A stretch of 63,981 bases of DNA, counting the filler, from Licmophora abbreviata (lineage: Eukaryota): assembly GCA_900291995.1 (NCBI GenBank). It is 16 parts of 16 records of this genome, joined end to end, with 100 filler letters (N's around TTAATTAATTAA, not from the genome) between each part and the next. Parts side by side here need not be neighbours in the genome. Positions count along the whole stretch, not along the records: positions 10,337 to 13,372 come from OLMU01001519.1; positions 13,473 to 16,449 come from OLMU01001521.1; positions 16,550 to 21,325 come from OLMU01001522.1; positions 21,426 to 23,834 come from OLMU01001523.1; positions 23,935 to 35,963 come from OLMU01001524.1; 11 more parts are not named here. One strand, 5' to 3'. The notes under the pieces were generated by a model. It was given only the letters and a program-made list of their open reading frames with translations. It searched no databases and was not told where the DNA came from. This document shows, piece by piece, positions 13,181 through 24,900 of the stretch (position 1 is the stretch's first letter; the number at the start of each line of letters is the position of its first letter). The translations under genes and the position numbers were made by a program.

Positions 13181-13472
13181 ATGCTGTGGCTGTCGTCTGA
13201 GAAATTCTTTACGAACTCGACTCAATTTTCTCCCCGTCTCATTAGGGAAGGTTGTCAGCCCCAAGGGATGACAACACGAGAGAGGAAGAAGAAGGGGTGG
13301 GTGTGAGTATGATAGGCCTCTTTCATAATAGCAACGACACGACGCATCATGGAGCAAGGTTCACGTCTACGCNNNNNNNNNNNNNNNNNNNNNNNNNNNN
13401 NNNNNNNNNNNNNNNNTTAATTAATTAANNNNNNNNNNNNNNNNNNNNNNNNNNNNNNNNNNNNNNNNNNNN

Positions 13473-14386
13473 TCCAGATTGGCGCAGTCGTATGCCACAT
13501 TCATTTCAGCGGCGCAAATGTCGCAGCTGTTGCATCGAGGTGAGTTGTCGGTAATCTCTGTGTTCGTGCTCGTGGAGGCCTCGGCAATGTCACAGGCACC
13601 GCACTCGGCAGGGGATGTGACAGTGGGTGGGCATTCCCCAAAGATGATACTGAGACCTGGGCGGGGGGAGTCTTCTAGGATGCACTCCAAGTTTCCATCG
13701 GGCTGGGGTGTGCACTCGGCGCTCTGAGCTTCGTTGATACATTCACCGGCGCAGTTTACGGATGCACACGTATCGTCCGAAAAGTTTCCACAGTCGAAGG
13801 CAAATGCGGTCACCGATCCCTCGGGACAAACAGAGCAAGATCTGCAGGTAGGTGTCGTGTCTGAAATCTCGGTGGGGTCGTCGGCTGCAAAGACGAGACA
13901 GCTTTCGTTGCACTCAGCGAGGTCCTGCGCGCCAGCTGGACAGACAAAGATAGAGATGAATCCTTCCACAGGACGACCATCGCCGATGCAAATGAGACCC
14001 CCATCATCGTCGGCCTCGCACAATATTTCCTGGAGATGACGGCGGTCCTCGTTGTCCTCCTGAGAAAAGGCGTCGTTTGCGTCATTGGTGAGGCTTTCGT
14101 CCTTTTTGAGTACTGCCGCACCGAGCGAGTCGAGCATTCCGGGATCCTTCTTGATGGCTCTCTTGAAGCTCGCAGGAAGGACGACATCGGCGGTGAACAT
14201 GAGACTTGGGTCGTGTTTCTTGGTAAACTTGGACCCAGTGTTTGCTTTGACGGGATTGCGCCTGTTTTGGTAGGTTTGGAGAATGTGCTCCATGGAACGA
14301 CCGCTTTGCCTCATTCGGAGCGCAGAAATGTCCACGGCCGAAGCCGTAGCCACGAGAGCGACAAAAGCAGCGATAGAGAGGCGCAT
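13473..14386 (-). CDS. Secreted Cys-rich repeat protein B (at least 2 domains; 3' end in gap)
   Basis: MRLSIAAFVALVATASA; MFTADVVLPASF..DPGMLD; RRHLQ; domains collinear with gene A. Confidence 0.85.
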
Positions 14387-15290
14387 GGTGGTGAGGGCTG
14401 TCGTCGTTCTCTGCGGAGCTTGGAAGGTCTGCTGAACCTGTGTGAGAGTGTTGCGAGAGTGATGTTGCGGGCGGAGTGGAAAAGGAGATGGCCACCCATC
14501 CAAAATCTAAGGGGACATCTGCAACGGTAAAACCTGCCAACGGATAGATTTATTCGATCTTGCCTACTGCAACATGGAAGGATGGCGGTCTCTCTTGATA
14601 TGACAGATATATGTGTTGAATATATTCATTTATGCCTGCCGGCGCAGAGTATTCAACAATGTGTATCATACAACTTGTATGATACTGGTGTATCAGTGCG
14701 CGACGCGCGTGGAGTGGGCGAGATCTGAGAGAGCAAGCCAGGAAATTTCCCCTCTAGCTAATAGAGCTAACTTTATCTTGACCGAAGCACGGAGCGATGG
14801 ACTAGTCTAGAAAACGTAACTCGACAGGGAGAAGAGGGCGATGAAGAGTTGAACTGAGATAGAGCAGCGAGGAGGGATGTTCAGACGAGTTTCTTAGGAC
14901 AGGAGAACGCAGGCAGCAGTTTGTCTGGCAAATAGTATCACAATAGCTCTAGTAGTGCAGGAGAGAAGAAGTGCGTCTCCTGACAACAGTCATTCGCGTG
15001 TCCTAATGCCTTTACTTTCTCACCAAAAGCACTATGAGCGATGGACATGAAGTGCTGGTTGCATTTCAATAAGACTGCCGCTATTCGCGTACCTGGTAGC
15101 TGTGTGGTCAAAAAAAAACCTCCTCCAAAATGTGAGTGGCGTAGAATTCATGTAGCATTCAGTATGCTACGTCACAGCTCAAGTCATCCAGCTACTTGAC
15201 GCGAGACCCAACGGTCCACACTCCAAGTTATTGGCCATGGCGCCGTTGAGAGAGTCGATCAAAACAACAACAGAGAATCGCGCTCCAATC

Positions 15291-15983
15291 ATGTCCTCCG
15301 TGTTGACTCTTCCTGTCGCAGTACTAGTGCTTCTGTCACTGCTCATTGTCGGTGGTTCTGCCGCTTCCGAACAGCTTCGCCGTCATCCTGAATCCAACAA
15401 GCCAAACACGTTTCGAAACGATGGCGCCATTTCCTTTCAGCATGAGCAAACTACCGCCATCACGGCATCTCGCCTCTCCTTGTTTACTGCTGACGTCGTA
15501 CTTCCCTCTAGTATCCACCAGAACAAATCACGCCGATACCTTTCGAATCGACAACCAGAACTTCGTTGCTTCGTCCAACAAGACGAGACACTAGCCTGTG
15601 CCTTTGAAGACACGCCACGACCGGGCCTTACCATGGTGTTCTTTCAGTGTCCACCGTCTTCCGATACCTTGTTGGAGTGTGACACCTGTCGTGTGTATGA
15701 AGCGACGACGGTCGAGCAGCTGAGCAGTGCTTCTGCTTCTCTACCAACGTGCACATCGTGTGACATTTGTGTCGAAAAGTCCAGTGTGGCGTACGACTGC
15801 AGCAATCAGGATCCGGAGGAGAGGTGTTCGAAGGTTGATTGTAATGCGAATTGCTTGAATGAGGATGAATTGGTGGATGTAGGGGATTTTGAACCTGTTG
15901 GTGAGAGTGGTGCGGGGCGAAATGCCATGGTCACGAGGAGTCTTGTCGTGCTGGCGGGAGTTGTGTTAGCGATGGCGGTGTAG
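15291..15983 (+). CDS. Secreted Cys-rich protein C (single 12-Cys domain, GPI-like tail)
   Basis: Signal peptide, LFTADVVLPSSI, RRYL, one domain (C..QQDETLAC..EDTPRPGL..FFQCP...YDCSN...C.KVDC..NC), ESGA + hydrophobic tail. Confidence 0.8.
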   Translation: MSSVLTLPVAVLVLLSLLIVGGSAASEQLRRHPESNKPNTFRNDGAISFQHEQTTAITASRLSLFTADVVLPSSIHQNKSRRYLSNRQPELRCFVQQDETLACAFEDTPRPGLTMVFFQCPPSSDTLLECDTCRVYEATTVEQLSSASASLPTCTSCDICVEKSSVAYDCSNQDPEERCSKVDCNANCLNEDELVDVGDFEPVGESGAGRNAMVTRSLVVLAGVVLAMAV

Positions 15984-16210
15984 GACACCTCGAGCGAGCG
16001 AAATTCAAGCAAGACAGTGTTGCCTTGAGAGTGTTCATGATTTGAGTGAACACTGAAAAGGGACTCGTTTACAAGAGAGTGAACACGTACTGAAAACTTT
16101 GTATTTGCATATTGTAGTAGAAGACTGCTTGTTATAAACCGAGAACCCAGTCTCTTTCTTATAAATCATGTGACAGCAGTGGATGCATGACTACTTACTA
16201 CGAAACGTCC

Positions 16211-18212
16211 CTAGCACCACATTACCAACGCTGCCACAGCCATGAGGATGCTCACTGGAAACAGTCTCTCTCCAGCAATACTCCCAGCACCACTCGTACC
16301 ACCGCCAAACGGTGCACCCCCATCGCCACTGGTGCACTGATTGTTGCAGTCCTGTATCGCACAACTGTCGTTTGGTTTCACATTGGCACAATCAAATCCA
16401 ATCAACGAGTTTTCCCGACACACCGTACAGCCATTGCAACGCACACTGTNNNNNNNNNNNNNNNNNNNNNNNNNNNNNNNNNNNNNNNNNNNNTTAATTA
16501 ATTAANNNNNNNNNNNNNNNNNNNNNNNNNNNNNNNNNNNNNNNNNNNNACACTGTCATCGCTAATGAGCGTCAAGTCGTCTTCTTCAATAATCCCACAC
16601 GTGGCGCAGTCAAAGAGAGTACTTCCGAGCGTGGTCGGGCAATCGAAAAAGACAATAATGAGTCCGGGTCTGGAAAATTTTCGAGGGCACAGGCTGTAGT
16701 GTCGCCGTTGGGGAAGCACGTCACCTCGCCCGGCTCTGCCTGCGTGGGCTGTGTTGGAGGAGATCCGGCCGGTGCTGCTGCTACCGGCATGGGCGTGGGG
16801 TTTGGTCCTCCACCACCACCACCACCAACGCATCCTCCCGCACAATTCTGCACCGCACATGCCACTCCTGGATCCAAATTGGCACAGTTGAATGCCACCG
16901 TGTCGCCACACAGTGCACACGACGAACACTGCGGATCGGTATTGTCAATCTCCGTCGTCTCGTCCTCTTCGACCACAGTACACGAGTTGCAATCCAAAAG
17001 TGTACTTCCCGAAAAAGTAGGACAATTCAAAAAGACAAGAATCAATCCATCGCGAGGAAAGTCTTCGACTGTACATGCCACACTGCCATTGTCTTGAGGA
17101 AAGCACCGGGCGATGGCATCGCCTCCAGCAGGCGCCGGCGGTGGCGTTGTACTACCCCCACCCGTGGTGGTGCCAATACAATTTCCCTCACAATCCTGTT
17201 CTGCACAGTTTTCAGTCGTGTCAATATTACTGCAATCAAAGGAAATACTCTGTTGAGTGGTGCAGAGTTCACATGCAGTGCAGAGCGGATCGGTGGGATC
17301 GACGAGCTGTGCGGAAACTTCCTCGACGATGCGGCATCCGCCGCAATCAAAGACGGTGGCGCCGACGCGATTTGGACAACCGAAAAAGATTAGAATCAAA
17401 CCGGGGCGGGGAAAGTCGTCCAAGACGCAAGCCAAGGAGCCGTCGGTTTGTTGAAAGCATTCGAGCTGTTGAAGGTTTCTGTGCCCGAGTTCGGCTGGTG
17501 AAGACTCTTGTTGATTCGAGGCACTATAGACAGTTCCAAGAGCCGATGAATCGGCTGTTCCAATGAGTTCGATCGGTGGCATGACAACGTCAGTAGTAAA
17601 GTCCTGCATACTACTACTACTGCTAGTAGTAGTAGAAGTGGCAGTAGTACTTGTCTCTTCCGCGACGACCCCGCCCTGATGACCGCCCGCCAACTGATCC
17701 AGCATGCCTGGATTCTTCAACACCATCTTTTGAAAATTCATGGGTGCCACCACGTCCATGAAGAATTCAGGTTCCAGTGGGGTGTCGTCCTTGTTGTTGT
17801 TGTTGTTGTTGTTGGAAGAAGATGAAGTTTTGGAGTCTTCGTTCGTCGTACCGGTAGCGATGGTCTTGGCGAGCGTCCTTCGATTGCTGTCGTCGGCATC
17901 ATCACTCGTTTCCTCCTGCACAGCGATAACGTTGGCCAGTCCCTGTTGAATCTTTTGTAGATCCGTGGCCGTCAAATTGTGCGTACTGGCTGATGAGACT
18001 TGCAACTGGGACGGAAGGTGGCTTTGATAGGCTGTGGATTGCACGCTTCGTTCTCCTTGCAGTGCCGATGCAAGATGAGAGTTCGTGCGGTCGTTGTGTA
18101 CGACTTGCAGTTGGAGCTGATTCAGTTTCGCCGTGAGTTCCACAGCAGACGCAGTGAGGCTGAAACAACAACATAGAGACAGTGTGCAAGATAAAAAGAG
18201 AGAGGACTTCAT
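16211..18212 (-). CDS. Secreted Cys-rich repeat protein D (3 domains); spans linker 16450-16549; 1-bp frameshift ~16672
   Basis: MKSSLFLSC signal; FFMDVVAPMNF..NPGMLD; HRNLQ. Domain 3 continues in the shifted frame (RPGLIIVFFDCP) and across the gap through a 7-bp contig overlap (ACACTGT) into ORF 16211..16444, which ends in a hydrophobic tail. Confidence 0.8.
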
Positions 18213-18754
18213 TGTCGTTGTGCTGTGTGAAAATATAGTGATGGTAAATCTAAAAAGTACACTGTAAATGGGATCCAAACACTAACAACACAGCAGCCAG
18301 TCTTGATCTTGCTTGGTCTGACGACTGGCCTAAGCCAGGTTCGTCATTCGTCAACGATGTTCGGGCACTATCCCCGACTGTACGAGTTTGATACTCTCTA
18401 AGTGTAGTGTCAGACATTTATCGTGATGACGCTGGAGAGTGTCGGTCATTCCTTTTGATACGACTGATCTTCGAAAACGTCATTGTGTAAAACTGTATTA
18501 TGTACTACGCATGTAGGAATGTACGTGTGGGTGGGTAAGAAGGCGTTGGGGCGCAAAACAGAGCTCGAGCACAGTCCGTCGTCATGAGTGCAACAACAAT
18601 GGTAAAGTTGGACTCGACTCGTAGAAGAACTTGTCTAGCTCCTTAGCTACCGATACTGTACCAATACACCAACAATTCAAACAAACCATAACTCTCTCTT
18701 TATAAAACTATATTGTAAACAGCACTCGTTTTCCGCATCTCCCTGAAGACACTA

Positions 18755-20038
18755 CTAACAGAGCACCCCACCCATCATCATCATCATCATTGTCAGTCCA
18801 ACAACCCAAACAGCACTCGTCAACAGCGACCACAGAGACCTTGACACTCCACCACTGGTAGGAGAAGGACCACTTTCCGTATCACTGGGCATAGCACTAC
18901 TCACTCTCGTAGGAGCCAACGATGCCGTCGGTGGACTCGTCATAGTCGGCATGGCCGACGGCATGTCCATTCCCACCAAACACTCCCTCCCACACGTCGT
19001 AATGGCACACTCATCGTCCACTCCCACCAAGTTCGTACAATCCGTCGCGACAGTATCCACCTCCGCACAAATCCCACACGCACTACACGACGGCGTATTG
19101 ACCGGATCAATGTTGGTAGGACTCGCTTCGTCATAGACCCGACATCCTCCACAATCTTGCAATGTCGCATTGCTCGTATCCGGACACTCCACGAGAATCA
19201 ACGTGAATCCCTCACGCGGCGTGTCCGTCACAAAGCACGCGAGACTCCCATTCCTCTGCCTCACACACACAAAGTCCAGCGGCGCCACGGAAGGCGCCAT
19301 GGAGGGCGACTCGCTCGGCAGGGGCGGAGGTCCCACGCACTGCATGTCGCAGTCCACGACTGTGCACTCGCCCTCGGCGATATTGTTGCACTCGTAGGAA
19401 ATCGTCTGCTGTTGTTGACAAATCGTACACGAATCGCAAATGGGATCGACCTCTAGATCCAATTCTGTACTGTTGGATTGCTGCACGACCGTGCAGGTGG
19501 AGCAGTCGAGGATGCTGGCGTCGGCGTTGCGGGCGCAGTTGCGAAAGACGGTAGTGAAGCCGTCGACGGGCATTTGGTCCCACAAGCACGTCTGTGTGTC
19601 GGCATTGTTGTTGTTGGGAGTACACGTCAAAGTAGATAAGAGGGGTTGCAAGTGGCGATGATTGTTGTGAATAGAAGAAGTGTGAAGGAAACGATCCAAG
19701 TCAAGAATTAAGGGAGGTGTAGACGAGTACTCGTCGTCGTGGGTAGTCTTGACATCCATGACTTCTTGATCCTGGACAACAGGAGTGTTCCCCTCTTGTT
19801 CATTTTCGGGAGACAAGACGAGTGCGTCGGAGAGTCGACGAAACGCGGTGATTCTTGCATTCTCCTCGCTGCTACTAGTACTACTAGTAGTAGTGGTAGG
19901 TACGATGCGATCCTGAAGTTTCAAATTGCGAAAGTCTTGCAGCAGCGGAGTCGATGAAGCTGATGTGGAAGTAGTACAAGAGGATACTACTACGACGACG
20001 ACGACAAGTAGAATCAGGAGGGACTGCTGCTTCATCAT
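18755..20038 (-). CDS. Secreted Cys-rich repeat protein E (2 domains, GPI-like tail)
   Basis: Signal peptide, HRHLQ, two 12-Cys domains (DTPREGFTLILVECP...), PS stalk, SGG + hydrophobic end. Confidence 0.8.
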   Translation of the reverse strand: MMKQQSLLILLVVVVVVVSSCTTSTSASSTPLLQDFRNLKLQDRIVPTTTTSSTSSSEENARITAFRRLSDALVLSPENEQEGNTPVVQDQEVMDVKTTHDDEYSSTPPLILDLDRFLHTSSIHNNHRHLQPLLSTLTCTPNNNNADTQTCLWDQMPVDGFTTVFRNCARNADASILDCSTCTVVQQSNSTELDLEVDPICDSCTICQQQQTISYECNNIAEGECTVVDCDMQCVGPPPLPSESPSMAPSVAPLDFVCVRQRNGSLACFVTDTPREGFTLILVECPDTSNATLQDCGGCRVYDEASPTNIDPVNTPSCSACGICAEVDTVATDCTNLVGVDDECAITTCGRECLVGMDMPSAMPTMTSPPTASLAPTRVSSAMPSDTESGPSPTSGGVSRSLWSLLTSAVWVVGLTMMMMMMGGVLC

Positions 20039-20730
20039 CAGGGTGGTGGTGGAATGCAACAAGCAAGAGGAAGGGAGCTACTGTTGTTGTTGTTGTTGTT
20101 GTTACAGTTGTTGTTGTGTATTTTTCTCATGGCGCGCGTTGAGTGAGATGGATGCGTTCGGAATTTCATATCATACTTGTCCAAAACTCATCCTTTTTGG
20201 ATAGCAAAAATGTCAGATTTTGGAAGAATCTAGAGGGCACCCACACTGACGACGACGGCTCCGGTCTGCTCTATGGTGGTGTGTTATACTACTAGTATGA
20301 CATAGACTACGCGCCTTCGGGAGCTAGCAATTCGTTATCGACAAGGGCAACCAAACAAGCTACGTATGTAGGATATCATCCATGTATCACTTTCTGCTCA
20401 AGGCAAGAACCAAGAAGCAAGCTCTAGAGTGTACACTTCTTCTTCTTCTTCTTCTTGAATGCCGACAGATTTCCAGCAATCGACTCCTTTGCAGCCTGGA
20501 TGATTTCCTTGCATCCTCTATGAAATGGACGACTTGTATCGCGTGATTCCTCTCGACACACACATTCGTGTGTGTGCACCTCGCTTGGAATGAATCAATC
20601 GAGTATCTCCAATAGTAGCGCGGCAGGTAGGATCTATCAAACAGCGTTGTTTGGAGACGTCTCGTTGGTCACCTCATACATTAATTTGAAGGCTTTTCCT
20701 ATCACTCCATTCATTCATTCATCCATTCAT

Positions 20731-20946
20731 TCACTCGTCATAATTGTTGTAAATGTAATAACACAGATAGAATGCTCCCCCCAGAAAGGCAAGCACAAAG
20801 ACTAGTATACAGCAGTCGAGTGCTTGACAGAGACAACAGTGGAGTGAGTAGTGAGGACGATTCACATCCGTGTCTCGTTTCATCAGCGTATGAGTCCCAG
20901 TCCCGTGATGGTATTCGTAATCGACGGGGTCGAGATAGGAAGACAT
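20731..20946 (-). CDS. Possible 71-aa small membrane protein
   Basis: ATG in a CACCATG context; Cys cluster (HCCLCQALDCC) followed by one TM (ILVFVLAFLGGAFYLCYYI). Confidence 0.35.
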   Translation of the reverse strand: MSSYLDPVDYEYHHGTGTHTLMKRDTDVNRPHYSLHCCLCQALDCCILVFVLAFLGGAFYLCYYIYNNYDE

Positions 20947-21425
20947 GGTGTGTTGATGATTGAAGCAGAGTTTATACTTTTTTTCTTGTGAGACACCGCC
21001 GTCTCCAAGATGAGATTTGGAGAGTTTCTCGCTGTTTCTGCGTCGTCGTCCGTGGAAGCAAGCAAGTAAAAAACGAGTCGCGTGGCTGTTGCGTAAGTCT
21101 ACTGTTGGGATCGTGTTGTCGTAAATATGGTGAAATGAGTGAATGCGTGTCTTGCTTTCAGTATTGTCACAGCATCATCAACACTCATCATCATCGCATG
21201 ATATGCTCTGCTGGTGGTCGTCATTCTTCCCCTTTTTTCAACGTTTCGAACTTTTTTGTGCAATCTTACCACCAAACCATCGCCATTTTGCCGCTTTACG
21301 GAAACCAGCCCAAACCACACTCATCNNNNNNNNNNNNNNNNNNNNNNNNNNNNNNNNNNNNNNNNNNNNTTAATTAATTAANNNNNNNNNNNNNNNNNNN
21401 NNNNNNNNNNNNNNNNNNNNNNNNN

Positions 21426-21459
<34 letters not shown>
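21426..21459. repeat. (GT)n microsatellite at a contig end
   Basis: Direct reading. Confidence 0.95.
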
Positions 21460-21460
<1 letters not shown>

Positions 21461-21968
21461 GCTGTATATATGTCTGATTTGCAGTCAGCTACGAGTCTTG
21501 TTCTCTTGTGCGCGTCGAAGCAAGCAATCGAGGCAGCAAGCAAAAAAGACTCACTCGAGCGGTGTGGCTGTGTTGTTAGGAAGTCTACGAGTAGGAGGAT
21601 GCGGGTCTTGTATTCCATTCACGACACTCCATCACGCCGATGAGTGCGGAGGATGGATGATTTTAGTGTGTTAGAGTTTCGAACATTTTTCTGTACAAAA
21701 TTTGTGTTCTTACAAAATCTGAAAGTTCCTTCGAATTCCAAACACCAAACTTGCCGCCGACACGAGAGAGGGAAGCAATGCGGCACTGTATGATATCGTA
21801 TCGTACCAGCACAGCACGACCACAACCACTGCGCATGATACAACGCATCGACGGAGGAAGGCATTCACTACACTTTGTGTGGACTCGACTCACTCTACTT
21901 GATGCATTTTTGAAATCAGTGGATCGAAAAAGCTCCACTCGATACTAGAAAGAGACTAGTCTCCTCGC

Positions 21969-24900
21969 ATGCCGACACCCTCCACTCGACGACAACAAAC
22001 AAGACTCTCTCCTCTCCTTTCGAGGAGTACAGTCCGTACTACTACTACTTCTCTTGTCGTCGTCGTCGTCGCGAGTACCATGTCGCTCTTCCTCCGACGT
22101 GGTCTTGTTTCCGCATCCTTTGCGCATCAAGTCGTCCTGCGGTCCACAACAAGAAGAAGCAGTTCTTGTTGCAGTAGTAGTAGTAGTAGTAGAAGAAGTA
22201 GAAGAAGTAGAAGAAGTAGTAGAAGTAGCCGACCGCTTTCTCATGAGTATCCTCGATTCAGTACGAGCACACTCCTCGCATCGACAGATATCACCACTGC
22301 TACTACAGATATCACCACTACTACTCCCACTACTCCCACCACCACTACTACTTCCAACAAGAACCCCTCCTTCCAAGTCACTTCTCCCTACCAACCCGCA
22401 GGCGACCAACCCCAGGCCATTCAACAAGTCCTCCACCAACTCCAACACCACCGCGACAAGTACACCATCCTCCAAGGCATTACTGGAACCGGCAAGACCT
22501 TTGTATTATCTCACGTCATTGCCCAACACCGTCAACCCACTCTAGTCCTCTGTCACAACAAAACTCTTGCCGCCCAGCTGGCGCGGGAATTACGCAACTT
22601 TTTGCAAACCAACCGCGTCGAACTCTTTGTATCCTATTACGATCACTTTACGCCCGAATCCTTTATTGAAACGACCAATACCTACATTGCCAAGAAATCG
22701 AGTATCAATGATGAAATTGATGCACTGCGCCATTGTGCGACACGGGCCTTGTTGCAACAGTCCGATGTGGTCGTTGTGGCCTCAGTCTCTTGTATCTACG
22801 GACTGGGACTGCCCAAAGACTATTTGCAAGCGAGCACCAGATTGACAGTGGGGGAGACTATTGTGAATCATGCGACTCCTACTGATGCTGCTTTGACAGC
22901 TCTGGTGCAACAGTTGGAACACGACATGTTGTATACGAAACCAGAAAAACAAGACAATGACGACTTGGCGAGAGGCAATTATCGCCTGCACGAGAGTAGT
23001 GATGGAGAGGTGGTGATCTTGTCCTTGTGGCCACCCCACGAACGATTTCCTCTGCGCATGGAATTGCAGCACGACAACAACAACAACAGTCTCCACATTG
23101 CATCGATTCAACAAGCTACAGCACAGGGGACACTGGTCTCTCATGAGTCACTTCAGATCTTTCCTGCCAAACATCATGTCATGGCGGAAGATCGGGTGGA
23201 GGATGCGTGTAGGAGGATTGAAGAAGAATTGAAGGAACGACATGGGCAACTCCAAAGCATGGGCAAGCTGGTGGAAGCGCAGCGACTGCAACAGCGGGTC
23301 TTGAATGACTTGTTGTTGTTGCGAGAAACGGGCTATTGTTCGGGAGTGGAGAATTACTCGCGGCACTTGGCGGGGCGGGAAGAGGGTGTGCCGCCGGATA
23401 CATTGTTGGAATATATGAAGTTGGCATCCGAGGATTGGTTGCTGGTGGTGGATGAGTCGCATGTGACCTTGCCGCAACTCAAAGCCATGTATGGGGGTGA
23501 TCGAGCGAGGAAGCAACGATTGATCAAGCATGGGTATAGATTGCCGTCGGCATTAGACAATCGACCGTTGCGAGAGGATGAGTTTTGGGACCAAGTGTCG
23601 CAGACTATATTGGTGTCGGCCACGCCGTCCAAGTATGAGTTGGAATGGGCGGAACGAAAGCCTGTGCCCATGATGATACGACCGACCTTTGTGTGTGATC
23701 CGCCGATTCATGTGAGGCCTCCGAAGGGGCAGTTGGAAGACTTGTTGGGGGAGATTCGAACGAGAGCGAAGCGGCAGGAGAGGACCTTGGCGGTGGCATT
23801 GACCAAACGGGATGCGGAAGACTTGGCATCCTATNNNNNNNNNNNNNNNNNNNNNNNNNNNNNNNNNNNNNNNNNNNNTTAATTAATTAANNNNNNNNNN
23901 NNNNNNNNNNNNNNNNNNNNNNNNNNNNNNNNNNCCTATCTGTTGGAACAGGACGTCAAGGCGACGTACATTCATTCGGGATTGACGACGCACGAACGGT
24001 CCGATGCGCTCAAGTCGCTGCAGAGGGGTGATATCGACTGCTTGGTGGGAGTCAATTTACTACGAGAGGGGCTGGACTTGCCGCAAGTCTCGCTCGTGGC
24101 GATTTTGAATGCCGACTCGGAGGGCTTTCTTCGGTCCGAGACGGCGTTGCTTCAAAGCGTCGGTCGGGCTGCACGAAACAACAATGGCGCGGCAGTCTTT
24201 TATGCGGAGCGCATTACGGGGAGTATGCAGCGATGCATGGACAGTACCAAGGAACGGCGGGAGCGGCAGCTTGCGTACAATAAAGAGTTTGGCTGCACGG
24301 CAGTGTCGACCAAGGGGTCCACAATGATGAGTATATTCGATCTACTGAAGGATCAGATTCAGGAAGAGCAGTCCATTGAAATGGTGGATTCGAGGGGGAA
24401 TAGTCTCAATCAGAAATCGAAAGCGGAACGAGATACGATCGAGACGGTCACTGTTACGCTTCCGTCCAGTAACGAATCGAGCGCTGCGGTTGTGAGTGAT
24501 CATCTTCCAAGTAAACCCGGCGTATACTTCTGGAAGGATGACCAGGGAAAGATTTTGTATATCGGCAAGGCGAAGAAGCTGCGAAGTCGCGTCAAATCCT
24601 ACCTGACTCCAGGTGCAAAACACAGTTCGCGGATACGAACCATGCTTGGAAAGGCTACGACGGTCGACTTTATGCTCACGCCGAGTGACAGAGATGCGTT
24701 AGTTCTCGAGTCGAACCTGATCAAACACCACCAACCGCCGTACAATGTTCTGTTGAAGGACGACGAGCAGTATCCGTACATTTGTGCAACTCTAGGAGAT
24801 GAGTATCCACGATTCCACGCGGTTCCGCGGAGGCAAATGGGCGAACGAGCGGCAAAGTACAAGTACTATGGCCCGTACCCGCACTGGAACGAATGCAATC

